Positions 22,557-32,058 are shown, counted from the stretch's first letter. The stretch is DNA of 64,000 bases from Candidatus Aldehydirespiratoraceae bacterium (GCA_965214565.1 OZ243951.1:2579166-2643165), one strand, 5' to 3'. Notes: generated by a model not told the origin, from the sequence alone. Numbers and translations: made by a program.

Positions 22557-24956
22557 ATGAAAGTGACGTTGTCCTGGCTCAGGGAGTTCGCGCCTGGTAT
22601 CGACGGTGATCCGAACGAGCTGAGCGAGACCTTGAGCGCTCTCGGCTTGACCGTGGAGGAGATGACTCCCATCGGCGACATCGTCGATGGTGTGGTATTG
22701 GCGAAGGTGCTCGACCTCAGGCCCCATCCCGCAGCCGACAAGATCCAACTCGTCGATGTGGATGCCGGCGACGGAGAGGCGCTGCAGGTGTGCTGCGGGG
22801 CTTTCAACATGGCCGTCGGGGATCTGATTCCCTTCGCCGTGCCAGGGACCGTCATGGCCAACGGCTTGGAGATTAAACAACGCAAGATGCGAGGCGAAGT
22901 GTCGTCCGGGATGTGTTGCTCGGGGGCCGAGTTGGGTCTCAACGACGACCACGAGGGAATCCTCGTGCTCAACGACCGCGTGGTTTCGGGAGCTGAACTT
23001 GGAATGGACCTGGGCGCTGCCATCGGTCTGGAACCCGACGTGTTGTGGGACCTCGAGGTGAACGCCAACCGGCCCGACGCCATGTCGGTGGCTGGAGTGG
23101 CGCGCGATCTGGCCGCCGCGCTCGGTGTCTACTTCTCCTACCCGGACTACAGCGTCGACACCGACACCTACTCCGCAAACGAGAGTGCCGACGAGCTCCT
23201 GACAGTTGAGATTCTTGATCCGACACTGTGCGGACGGTTCGTTGCGACCGTGCTGCGCGGAATCATCGTGGGGACGTCGCCGCAGTGGCTCGCTGACCGG
23301 CTGGTGTTGGCGGGAATGCGTCCGCTCAACTCGATCGTCGACATCTCCAACTATGTGATGCTCGAGTTGGGTCAACCCAACCACACTTTCGATCTGGCCA
23401 CGATCCCAAACGGTCACCTGCGGGTGCGACGGGCTATGCCCGGTGAGACGCTGACGACCCTCGACGGCCTGGAACGTGAACTCACCGCCAACGACGGTGT
23501 GATCACCAACGACTCGGACCAGATCGTCAGCCTGGCGGGAGTGATGGGCGGAGCAACCACCGAGGTCTCCGAGCAGACGACCGACGTGCTGTTGGAGATG
23601 GCCTGGTGGGATCCGCCGACCATCTCGCGCACCGTCAAGCGGCTCAATCTGGTGAGCGAGGCGTCGAGCAGGTTCCGACGCGGCGCCGATTGGGGCGAGA
23701 ACATCGACCGTTCGATGCAACGCTTCATCCAGCTTGCGACACAACTCGGGGCCACTGCGGCGCCGGGGTTTGTGGACGCCGCCGGCGACACCCCTGATCG
23801 GACGCCCCTGGCTGTACGCAGCGCCAAGATCAACGGACTGCTCGGCACCGACCTGAGCGCTGCTGAGATGGCCGGGCATCTGGCTTCGATCGGCTTTGCA
23901 GCCGATGTGGTCGCGTCCGACAGCGGCACGGAGGACTTGGCTGTCACGATTCCCACATGGCGCTGGGACACCGAGACCGAGACCGATGTGGCTGAAGAGG
24001 TGGCGCGCCTGCACGGCTACGACAACATCGCCAGAACGGTTCCCAGAGGGTCCATTGCCGGGGGGCTTAGCGACTATCAGGTGCGTCGTCGTCTGGTTCG
24101 TCAGGTCCTGCTCGGGTTCGGATGCGATGAGACCTTCCCCATGCCGTTCCTGGCGCCGGGCGACCTGCTGAAGGCGGGCCTCGCCGACAACGGGGTGACC
24201 CTGACCAACCCGCTCGTCTCCGAGCAGTCGGTGTTGCGCACGTCGCTGCTTCCGGGCCAGCTCAAAGCGATCGCCTACAACCAGTCCCATCGCAGCGTGG
24301 ATGTTCGCTTCTTTGAGATCGACCACGTCTATCTGCCGCCCCCGAAAGATCAGGTGCTTCCGGACGAACATGAGCACCTCGCGGTTGCGCTGGCAGGCTC
24401 TGAAGCCCCCGAGGCGGTCGCGGCCCTCGATCTGCTCGAACGTGAGCTGGGTCTGCCGAACGTTGTTCTGCGCTCAGCGTCACCCCCCGGTTTGCACGGC
24501 ACTCGTTCTGCCGAGGTGGTGGTCGCGGGTCGAAGCGCCGGAGTGGTCGGGGAGGTTGACCCGTTGGTTCTAAAGAACTACGGAGTGACTGGGAGAGTGG
24601 CCTGGCTCGAGCTCGACCTGGGCGCTCTCCTGGGCGGACCCCGTAGAAGCCACAAGTACACGCCCGTATCGAAGTACCCGTCGAGTGACGTTGATCTGGC
24701 GTTCGAAGTCCCCGATGAGGTGGCTGCCGCGGCGGTTGAGAGTTCGCTGCGCAAGGCGGGCAAGGGTCTGCTGACCGACATCGAACTGTTCGATGTCTAC
24801 CGGGGCGAGGGTATGCCGACCGGTACTCGGAGCCTGGCTTACCGCCTGCGGTTCCAGGCTCAGGATCACACTCTGACCGATGCCGAAGTGGCCGACGTCC
24901 GCCAAGCGTGCATCGATGCAGTGTCCAAGCGTCACGGCGTGCCTCTGCGAAGCTAG
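22557..24956 (+). CDS. pheT: Phenylalanyl-tRNA synthetase beta subunit
   Basis: MKVTLSWLREF...FNMAVGDLIPFAVPGT...FEIDHVYLP. Confidence 0.96.
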   Translation: MKVTLSWLREFAPGIDGDPNELSETLSALGLTVEEMTPIGDIVDGVVLAKVLDLRPHPAADKIQLVDVDAGDGEALQVCCGAFNMAVGDLIPFAVPGTVMANGLEIKQRKMRGEVSSGMCCSGAELGLNDDHEGILVLNDRVVSGAELGMDLGAAIGLEPDVLWDLEVNANRPDAMSVAGVARDLAAALGVYFSYPDYSVDTDTYSANESADELLTVEILDPTLCGRFVATVLRGIIVGTSPQWLADRLVLAGMRPLNSIVDISNYVMLELGQPNHTFDLATIPNGHLRVRRAMPGETLTTLDGLERELTANDGVITNDSDQIVSLAGVMGGATTEVSEQTTDVLLEMAWWDPPTISRTVKRLNLVSEASSRFRRGADWGENIDRSMQRFIQLATQLGATAAPGFVDAAGDTPDRTPLAVRSAKINGLLGTDLSAAEMAGHLASIGFAADVVASDSGTEDLAVTIPTWRWDTETETDVAEEVARLHGYDNIARTVPRGSIAGGLSDYQVRRRLVRQVLLGFGCDETFPMPFLAPGDLLKAGLADNGVTLTNPLVSEQSVLRTSLLPGQLKAIAYNQSHRSVDVRFFEIDHVYLPPPKDQVLPDEHEHLAVALAGSEAPEAVAALDLLERELGLPNVVLRSASPPGLHGTRSAEVVVAGRSAGVVGEVDPLVLKNYGVTGRVAWLELDLGALLGGPRRSHKYTPVSKYPSSDVDLAFEVPDEVAAAAVESSLRKAGKGLLTDIELFDVYRGEGMPTGTRSLAYRLRFQAQDHTLTDAEVADVRQACIDAVSKRHGVPLRS

Positions 24957-24960
24957 CCAG

Positions 24961-25004
24961 CCCATGCACACGCCGGCCCATGCACACGCCGGCCCATGCA
25001 CACA
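24961..25004. repeat. 16-bp tandem repeat cccatgcacacgccgg, about 2.7 copies
   Basis: Direct reading of 24961-25004. Confidence 0.9.
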
Positions 25005-25102
25005 TTGTCAACCAATGGTTCAGTTAGTTGCTGTCACGATTGCGCTAGACCTCCTAACGAAATCGTGCTAGCGTGTAACCGATTTTCGAGGAGAGGGGAC
25101 GG

Positions 25103-26473
25103 TTGACCGAGATTCGAGCCAAGGCTCAAGCCCACTTGGTGCCGCATTTCACGCGTGGCGATGCTTGGCAACGCGACGACTTGCTGGTCATAGACCGAGG
25201 CGAAGGCTGTTACGTCTGGGACACCGGGGGCGACGAATACCTTGACGGTCTCTCAGGGTTGTTCTGCACCAACCTCGGCCACGGTCGCAGTGACCTGACC
25301 GCGGTCGCGGCCAAACAGATGGACAAACTGGCCTTCAGTCCCACCTGGAGCTACGTCCACCCCTCGTCCATCGAAGCGTCGTCGCTGATCGCGTCGCTGG
25401 CACCCGCCGACCTCAACCGAGTGTTCTTCGTGAACTCCGGCTCAGAGGCGGTGGAATCGGCTCTCAAGTTTGCGCGTTGCTACCACTTGGCGAACGGCGC
25501 ACCGAATCGCCAGAAGGTGATAGCCCGCCGTTGGGCCTACCACGGGACCACCCTCGGCGCGCTGGCGGTGACGGGCATTCCCAATTTTCGTGACCCCTAC
25601 GAACCGATACTCGGCAGCTTCGTGCGCCATGTCGACAACACCCTCGGCTGTTCCGACCAAACAGGACCCGCCTCCGAACTGCCGTGCGTCGCCGCGGTTG
25701 AACAGGCGATCCTCGCCGAGGGTCCCGAAACGGTGGCAATGGTGATCGCCGAGCCGGTCCAGAACGGTCGGGGAGCGCTGGTCCCGCCTGACGGCTACTG
25801 GCAGGAACTGCGGCGTATCTGCGACACCCACGGCGTGCTGCTCTGCGCGGACGAGGTGATCAACGCCTTCGGTCGTCTCGGCCACTGGTTCGGCAGCGAG
25901 CGCTACGACGTCGTTCCAGACATGATCACCTTCGCCAAAGGCGTCACCAGCGCGTATGTGCCGCTCGGGGGTCTGATCGTGCGGGACCCGCTGGTCGAAC
26001 GGGTGTGGGACTCGCCCTCTGCGATGTTCGTACACGGGGCGACCTTCGGCGGCCATCCCGTAGCCACTGCGGTGGCGGTGGCCAACATGAACGCCATGCG
26101 CGACGAAAAAGTCTTCGACGGCGTGCTGGCCAACGAGGAACGTCTAGTCAGTGGCCTGCGCGCGTTGATGGAGTCCCACGCCTGCGTCTCCGACGTGCGG
26201 GGGACCGGCTACTTCTGTGCCGTGGAATTGATGCGTGACCGTGCCGCCGGCATCCATCTCACCGACACAGAGTTCGCTGAACTGTTACCGGGAGGTGTTC
26301 TGGAACGATTCGTGCGCGAGGCGCGCGTTCTGGTCCGGCCCGACTCTAGAGGCGCCGCCATGTTGGCGGTTGCGCCGCCGCTGGTGGCAGATGCCACCGT
26401 GATCGACGACCTGCTCGCGCGGGTCGACCAAGTGCTCGACCGCGTGGGCGGTTGGCTGAAGGTCTCAACATGA
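25103..26473 (+). CDS. Class III aminotransferase, probable taurine-pyruvate aminotransferase by context
   Basis: VWDTGGDEYLDGLSGLFCTNLGHG, RWAYHGTTLGALAVTG, ADEVINAFGR, TFAKGVTSAYVPLG; clustered with transporter, pta and xsc. Confidence 0.85.
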   Translation: MTEIRAKAQAHLVPHFTRGDAWQRDDLLVIDRGEGCYVWDTGGDEYLDGLSGLFCTNLGHGRSDLTAVAAKQMDKLAFSPTWSYVHPSSIEASSLIASLAPADLNRVFFVNSGSEAVESALKFARCYHLANGAPNRQKVIARRWAYHGTTLGALAVTGIPNFRDPYEPILGSFVRHVDNTLGCSDQTGPASELPCVAAVEQAILAEGPETVAMVIAEPVQNGRGALVPPDGYWQELRRICDTHGVLLCADEVINAFGRLGHWFGSERYDVVPDMITFAKGVTSAYVPLGGLIVRDPLVERVWDSPSAMFVHGATFGGHPVATAVAVANMNAMRDEKVFDGVLANEERLVSGLRALMESHACVSDVRGTGYFCAVELMRDRAAGIHLTDTEFAELLPGGVLERFVREARVLVRPDSRGAAMLAVAPPLVADATVIDDLLARVDQVLDRVGGWLKVST

Positions 26474-26504
26474 GACCACGGAATATCCATTGGAGGGTAA
26501 TCAA

Positions 26505-28535
26505 ATGAAGAGACTACTGGTATTGCTTATGGTGCTCGGCCTCATTGCCGCGGCCTGCGGCGACGACGACTCCGCCGACGGCGGCGACGACGGCGGCACA
26601 ACGACTCCCGAAGAAACCGGTGACGACGGCGACGACGGCGATATGGGTCTCGATGAGTTGAACGTGGCGTACTTCTTGGAGTGGCCGACCGCGAATCAGG
26701 TGGCTCAGGCCGAACAGACTTATGACGCTGAGCTGGGTCTGACTGTGAACTGGATCCCGTTCGCGTCGGGTGGTGACATGGCTCAGGCGATGGAGGCCGG
26801 CGACATCGACATCTCCTATTCGCAGGGTCTGACGCCGTTCGCGAACTTCGTGACCGGTGGGTCCGACCTGCTGTTGGTCGGTGTGGCGGTGACCTATGCC
26901 GACGCCGACAACTGCGTCGCGGGAGCCGACTATGACATAACTGCTGACAACGCCGCGGAGACTCTGGTAGGCCAGAGCATCTATACGCCGTTGGGCAACG
27001 TCACGCATTTCAAGTTGTTGAAGATGCTCGAGCATCTCGGAGTGGACTCCTCGTCTGTGGAGTTGATCCAGTCTGAGGGTGGTCCTGCTGCTGTTGCGGC
27101 TCTGGACTCCGGTGATGTGGCCATGGCCTGTGCGTTCGGCGGCGCTGTCAACCAGATGATCGCCAATGGCGGCAATCTGGTGATGACCGGTGCGGAGCAG
27201 GAGGCCATCGGTATCCGTGTGTTCGACATCATCTCGACCACCGGCGACTTCGCCCAGGCGCATCCCGACATCGTTACTGCATTCCTGCAGGTGACCGAGG
27301 ACGCCAACCGGGCCTACAACGCGGACCGTACGCCGTTCATCGACACGATCGCTGAGGCGGCCGGCATGGATCGTGAACCCACGATTGCTCTGCTCGACGC
27401 ATTCACTTTCCCCGAAAAGGAAGCGCAACTCTCTGATGCCTGGTTGGGCGGCACGGTGCAGTCCACCATGAAGGAGCAGATGGACTTCTTCGTGGCCCAG
27501 GGAGAGATCGAATCGGCACTGCCGAGCTACGACTCCTTCGTCGACACCAGCTTCCTCGAAGCCGTTGAAGGTGGCGCAAGCATGGGCGACGACGTCGAGG
27601 AGATGATGGTCCCTGATGAGTTGAATGTGGCGTACTTCTTGGAGTGGCCGACCGCGAATCAGGTGGCTCAGGCCGAACAGACTTATGACGCTGAGTTGGG
27701 TCTGACTGTGAACTGGATCCCGTTCGCGTCGGGTGGTGACATGGCGCAGGCGATGGAGGCCGGCGACATCGACATCTCCTATTCGCAGGGTCTGACGCCG
27801 TTCGCGAACTTCGTGACCGGTGGGTCCGACCTGCTGTTGGTCGGTGTGGCGGTGACCTATGCCGACGCCGACAACTGTGTGGCCCATCCTGACTACGGCA
27901 TCACCGCTGACAACGCCGCGGAGACTCTGGCGGGCCAGAGCATTTATACGCCGCTTGGTAATGTCACGCATTTCAAGTTGTTGAAGATGCTTGAGCATCT
28001 CGGAGTGGACTCCTCGTCTGTGGAGTTGATCCAGTCTGAGGGTGGTCCTGCTGCTGTTGCGGCTCTGGACTCCGGTGATGTGGCCATGGCCTGTGCGTTC
28101 GGCGGCGCTGTCAACCAGATGATCGCCAATGGCGGCAATCTGGTGATGACCGGTGCGGAGCAGGAGGCCATCGGCATCCGTGTGTTCGACATCATCTCGA
28201 CCACCGGCGACTTCGCGGATGAGTACCCCGGGGTGGTGGCCGCATTCCTGCAGGTGACCGAGGACGCCAACCGGGCCTACAACGCGGACCGGTCGCCGTT
28301 CATCGACACGATCGCTGAGGCGGCCGGCATGGATCGTGAACCCACGATTGCTCTGCTCGACGCGTTCGCTTTCCCCGAAAAGGACGTGCAGCTGTCTGAT
28401 GCCTGGTTGGGCGGCACGGTGCAGTCCACCATGAAGGAGCAGATGGACTTCTTCGTGGCCCAGGGCGAGATCGACTCGGCACTGCCGAGCTACGACTCCT
28501 TCGTCGACACCAGCTTCCTCGAAGCCGTCGAATAG
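26505..28535 (+). CDS. Taurine/nitrate-type ABC transporter substrate-binding lipoprotein with two tandem SBP domains
   Basis: Lipobox LIAAACGDDD; domain DELNVAYFLEWPTANQVAQAEQ...SYDSFVDTSFLEAVE occurs twice (26652..27569 and 27615..28532). Confidence 0.93.
   Translation: MKRLLVLLMVLGLIAAACGDDDSADGGDDGGTTTPEETGDDGDDGDMGLDELNVAYFLEWPTANQVAQAEQTYDAELGLTVNWIPFASGGDMAQAMEAGDIDISYSQGLTPFANFVTGGSDLLLVGVAVTYADADNCVAGADYDITADNAAETLVGQSIYTPLGNVTHFKLLKMLEHLGVDSSSVELIQSEGGPAAVAALDSGDVAMACAFGGAVNQMIANGGNLVMTGAEQEAIGIRVFDIISTTGDFAQAHPDIVTAFLQVTEDANRAYNADRTPFIDTIAEAAGMDREPTIALLDAFTFPEKEAQLSDAWLGGTVQSTMKEQMDFFVAQGEIESALPSYDSFVDTSFLEAVEGGASMGDDVEEMMVPDELNVAYFLEWPTANQVAQAEQTYDAELGLTVNWIPFASGGDMAQAMEAGDIDISYSQGLTPFANFVTGGSDLLLVGVAVTYADADNCVAHPDYGITADNAAETLAGQSIYTPLGNVTHFKLLKMLEHLGVDSSSVELIQSEGGPAAVAALDSGDVAMACAFGGAVNQMIANGGNLVMTGAEQEAIGIRVFDIISTTGDFADEYPGVVAAFLQVTEDANRAYNADRSPFIDTIAEAAGMDREPTIALLDAFAFPEKDVQLSDAWLGGTVQSTMKEQMDFFVAQGEIDSALPSYDSFVDTSFLEAVE
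26652..27569 (+). repeat. SBP domain copy 1 of a 963-bp-period direct repeat
   Basis: 918-bp near-identical segment repeated at 27615..28532, period 963. Confidence 0.97.
27615..28532 (+). repeat. SBP domain copy 2 of a 963-bp-period direct repeat
   Basis: See copy 1; 45-bp linker (GGASMGDDVEEMMVP) between copies. Confidence 0.97.
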
Positions 28536-28656
28536 AAACCTCCTGACCACAGCCGGGCGGCCGTAGTCGACACAGACCAGTCGGCAACGGTTGCCCGGTT
28601 AGGGTCAGCCAAGCAATAATCGCCGCGGGCCAACATGTGGCCAGAAGGGGGATTAC

Positions 28657-30027
28657 GTGGATTCGATCGTTCAAGGTCTGGCCGATGTATACGACGTCAT
28701 CACCTATGTGATCGCCCGGGGTGCCTACTGGCTGTCGGTCGCGTTCTTCGTGTTGGCAGCGGTCGGCGCAGCACTGATGTTCATTGATCTGCTGAAAACT
28801 CCCTCACGGCGCTTCCTAGACGCAGACCACGCCGCGAAGCCCAGCGACGGCATCGTATTGATCGGCCAGCTCATGGCGGGAATGTCGCTTGTCGGCGGAG
28901 TCGTGCTGGTGTTCCGCGACACCGCTTCGCCGTGGCAACCAGCAGCGGCCCTGCTCGGTGGAGCGGCGCTGCTCACTCTCCTGTTGGTGTACAGACGAAC
29001 TGACGAATCCAAACAGGCCGGGATCGTCCGGTACGTCTGGCTCGCCCTCGCCGTCGCCGCAGTGGTGGCCGTGATCTTGGCGTACATGCAGCGCGAAGAC
29101 TCTTCCATCCCTTTCCTCGGCCTGCTCTTGGCGGTGTTCGTGCTGGCCCGAGCCTGGTTCTCGTTGGCTCGTCCCGAAGTCCACTTCGACCCGTCCCAGG
29201 TGGAGGTCGCGCGTGAGTCCAAGACCGAGAGTCCGCTTGTGGTCGAACAGCTCGGAATGGTCTACGAACTGCCCGACGGCGGCAGTGTGGAGGCCCTCAA
29301 GGACGTGACGTTCACGCTTGAGCCCGGACGCCTGCTCACCCTGCTCGGGCCGTCGGGGTGCGGTAAGACCACTCTGCTCAACATTCTCGCCGGTTTCCTG
29401 GCCCCCACCGCCGGCGAGGCGAAGCTCGGCAACGATGTGATCACCGGTCCCAGCCAGGAACGGGGCATGGTGTTCCAGCAGGGGGCGCTGTTCGAGTGGC
29501 TCACCGTCAACGACAATGTCGGTTTCGGAGCTCGTATGAACGGCCGGTCCCGGCCTGCTTCCCGGGAGGCGGTGCAGGACCTGCTTCGCATAGTCGGCCT
29601 GTCGGAATTTGGGGAGAAGGCGGTCTACGAACTCTCTGGAGGCATGCAACAGCGTGTGGCGCTGGCCCGCTGCCTCGCCAACGACCCCAAGATCATCCTC
29701 ATGGACGAGCCGCTCGGCGCGCTCGACGCTCTGACCCGCGAGAAGATGCAGAGTCTGGTTCTCAACCTGTGGAACGAGACCGGCAAGACCATCGTGCTGG
29801 TCACCCACAGCGTCGAGGAGGCGCTGTATCTGGGCGATCAGCTGTTTGTCATGGCCCCGCGCCCCGGTCGTATAGAACGGGTCTACGACCTGCCGTTCGC
29901 TCAGCAGGCGCTGACCGCGGACGCCCGAGAACTGAAGACCTCCCCCGAGTTCATTGCGACGCGAGAGGAGATCCTGTCGATGATCTGGGAGATGGAGGAG
30001 CAGATCATGGGAACGGGAGGCCAGTGA
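28657..30027 (+). CDS. ABC transporter ATPase with N-terminal membrane domain (TauB-like)
   Basis: About 190 aa hydrophobic N-terminus, then LLTLLGPSGCGKTTLLNILAGF, LSGGMQQRVALARCLANDPKIILMDEPLGALD. Confidence 0.93.
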   Translation: MDSIVQGLADVYDVITYVIARGAYWLSVAFFVLAAVGAALMFIDLLKTPSRRFLDADHAAKPSDGIVLIGQLMAGMSLVGGVVLVFRDTASPWQPAAALLGGAALLTLLLVYRRTDESKQAGIVRYVWLALAVAAVVAVILAYMQREDSSIPFLGLLLAVFVLARAWFSLARPEVHFDPSQVEVARESKTESPLVVEQLGMVYELPDGGSVEALKDVTFTLEPGRLLTLLGPSGCGKTTLLNILAGFLAPTAGEAKLGNDVITGPSQERGMVFQQGALFEWLTVNDNVGFGARMNGRSRPASREAVQDLLRIVGLSEFGEKAVYELSGGMQQRVALARCLANDPKIILMDEPLGALDALTREKMQSLVLNLWNETGKTIVLVTHSVEEALYLGDQLFVMAPRPGRIERVYDLPFAQQALTADARELKTSPEFIATREEILSMIWEMEEQIMGTGGQ

Positions 30028-31088
30028 TGGCTGAAGGTCCTGGAGGGCACGCACTCAAAGACAACATCGACCAACAGGCCAAACAGTCGAACTGGCCGTT
30101 CAACTGGATGTTCCAGAAGAAGGGGGCGAGTGCCCGCAAGACCGTGACGTTCGGCGACGCCTCCGAGGTGAGCGGCGCGCTGCCGTGGACTGTGGTCAGT
30201 CTGGTCGTGATTCTGCTGGTGTGGTTCCTGGCGACGACGGTCTGGGGCCTGCCGTCTGAATGGGTGGACTACGGAGACGAAGTGCGTGCCGGTCTCACTG
30301 AGGATGAGCGCTACCGCCAGCGTGACCTGCTTCGCGACTGCGACAAGGCAGCCGACGACCCCTCAGAATTCCCGGGACTCCCACCCTGTTCGTACACCCA
30401 GTGGCTCAGCGAATCGACCCTTCCCCACCCACTGCAGGTGTGGGACGCGACCTGGGACTTTGCTCGCAACGGCTATAGCGGATTCACGCTTTGGCAACAC
30501 CTGTGGGTGAGCTTCAGCCGTCTGGCGAAGGGCCTGTTCTGGGGGGTGGCCATCGGTGTGCCCATCGGGTTGGCCATGGGCCTGTCGAATCGCTGGCGGG
30601 GCGTGTTCGACCCGGTGGTCGAACTGCTGCGGCCGATACCCCCTCTGGCTCTGATCCCGTTGTTCATTGTGTGGTTCGGAATCGGCGAGGAAGGCAAGGT
30701 CAACCTGCTGCTGTTCGCGGCCGTCTGGATCATGGTCATCGCGGCGCGCTCGGGGGTGCTCGCGGTCAACACCACCAAGGTTCATGCCGCCTATTCTCTG
30801 GGCGCGTCGAAGGCTCAAGTGTTGCGTCACGTGATCCTGCCCAACGCGCTGCCTGAGATCTTCACGGGGTTGCGCGTGGCGATCGGTGTGTGCTGGGGCA
30901 CTCTGGTTGCTGCTGAACTGCTCGGTGCCAGTTCCGGACTCGGTTTCACGATCTTCAAGGCCCGCCAGTTCTTCCTGCTCGACCTAATGCTGTCGGCGGT
31001 GATCCTCATCAGCATTCTGGGCGTGAGCATGGATGTGGCCATGCGCATGGCCGAGAAGAGGTTGATCCCCTGGCGGGGGAAGGGCTGA
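30027..31088 (+). CDS. ABC transporter permease (TauC-like)
   Basis: GLFWGVAIGVPIGLAMGLS...ARSGVLAVNTTKVHAAYSLGASKAQVLRHVILPNALPEIFTGLRVAIGV; ATGA overlap with ATPase gene. Confidence 0.93.
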   Translation: MAEGPGGHALKDNIDQQAKQSNWPFNWMFQKKGASARKTVTFGDASEVSGALPWTVVSLVVILLVWFLATTVWGLPSEWVDYGDEVRAGLTEDERYRQRDLLRDCDKAADDPSEFPGLPPCSYTQWLSESTLPHPLQVWDATWDFARNGYSGFTLWQHLWVSFSRLAKGLFWGVAIGVPIGLAMGLSNRWRGVFDPVVELLRPIPPLALIPLFIVWFGIGEEGKVNLLLFAAVWIMVIAARSGVLAVNTTKVHAAYSLGASKAQVLRHVILPNALPEIFTGLRVAIGVCWGTLVAAELLGASSGLGFTIFKARQFFLLDLMLSAVILISILGVSMDVAMRMAEKRLIPWRGKG

Positions 31089-31098
31089 TCGCTTCGCT

Positions 31099-32034
31099 GT
31101 GAGCGTTCTCGAGGGTTGGTACAGCAGCGCGCGGGCGAACCCGCAGCGCATCATCCTGGCCGATGCAGACGACCGGCGGGCTGTCGGAGCGGTCGATCGG
31201 CTCAATGCACAGGGTCTGGTCGAGGCATTGGTGGCGGGCAGGGACTTCGGCTCGCTCGCCGAGATCGCCCATGATCCCGCGGAGCGCCTCGTTGAGGAAC
31301 TGGCCGGGGCAGAGACGGGACCGTGGGCCGGACGTCGTCTCGACGTTGACGATCCACTGGTGATGTCTGCGGCTCTGGTCAAGACAGGCTGGGCTGCGGG
31401 GTGCGTGGGTGGCGCGAGCCGTTCCAGCGCCGAGGTGGTGCGGGCCGGTTTGCGGGTGCTCGGGGTCGCGCCTGGGGTTGAAGCGGTGAGCAGTTGCTTC
31501 TTCTTCGTGCTGCCCGACGGCCGCGCAGTGGTCTACGGCGACTGCGGGGTGCTGCCCGATCCTGACGATCAGCAACTGGCCTCGGTGGCGATCTCGAGCG
31601 CGGCCACGTTCGCTCAACTGTCCGGCGAGGAGCCCCGTGTCGCCATGCTCTCGTTCTCAACCAAGGGGAGTGCACAACACCCGCGGGTCGACAAGGTGCG
31701 CAGCGCAACCGCGATTGCTCAGCAGGCCGCGCCAGGTCTGAAGATCGACGGCGAATTGCAGTTCGATGCGGCGTGGGTCCGAGCGGTCGGTGAGGTCAAG
31801 GCGCCCGGTTCCGAGGTTGCCGGCAGAGCCAATGTGTTCGTCTTTCCGGATCTCGACTCCGGCAACATCGCATACAAGATCACCGAACGGCTGGGCGGCG
31901 CGCTTGCTTTCGGACCTCTGCTGCAGGGGTTGAACGGTGTGTTGCATGACCTCTCGCGGGGTTGTTCTGAAGACGACATCGTCAACGTGGCGGTCATCGC
32001 CTCAATCCAAGCCTCCGCGCTGCGCTCCCTCTAA
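31099..32034 (+). CDS. pta: Phosphate acetyltransferase
   Basis: PQRIILADADDRRAV...AQHPRVDKVRSATAIAQQ...IDGELQFDAAWV...VFVFPDLDSGNIAYKITERLGG. Confidence 0.93.
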   Translation: MSVLEGWYSSARANPQRIILADADDRRAVGAVDRLNAQGLVEALVAGRDFGSLAEIAHDPAERLVEELAGAETGPWAGRRLDVDDPLVMSAALVKTGWAAGCVGGASRSSAEVVRAGLRVLGVAPGVEAVSSCFFFVLPDGRAVVYGDCGVLPDPDDQQLASVAISSAATFAQLSGEEPRVAMLSFSTKGSAQHPRVDKVRSATAIAQQAAPGLKIDGELQFDAAWVRAVGEVKAPGSEVAGRANVFVFPDLDSGNIAYKITERLGGALAFGPLLQGLNGVLHDLSRGCSEDDIVNVAVIASIQASALRSL

Positions 32035-32058
32035 CGTCTTGGTGATAGCCTCTAACGG

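Noticed and set aside
22086-24377. 763-aa minus-strand ORF opposite pheT
   Set aside because: PheT is unambiguous on the plus strand; the antisense ORF shows no recognisable motif.
26514-28550. 678-aa minus-strand ORF opposite the tandem SBP gene
   Set aside because: Antisense shadow of the duplicated SBP coding sequence (it is itself duplicated); high-GC codon bias leaves the opposite frame open.
29496-30026. N-terminal 177 aa extension of the permease ORF
   Set aside because: Overlaps the ATPase gene out of frame and looks compositionally spurious; the real start is ATG 30027 in an ATGA overlap.
28816-30054. 412-aa minus-strand ORF opposite the ABC ATPase
   Set aside because: Shadow ORF of a clear P-loop ATPase gene.
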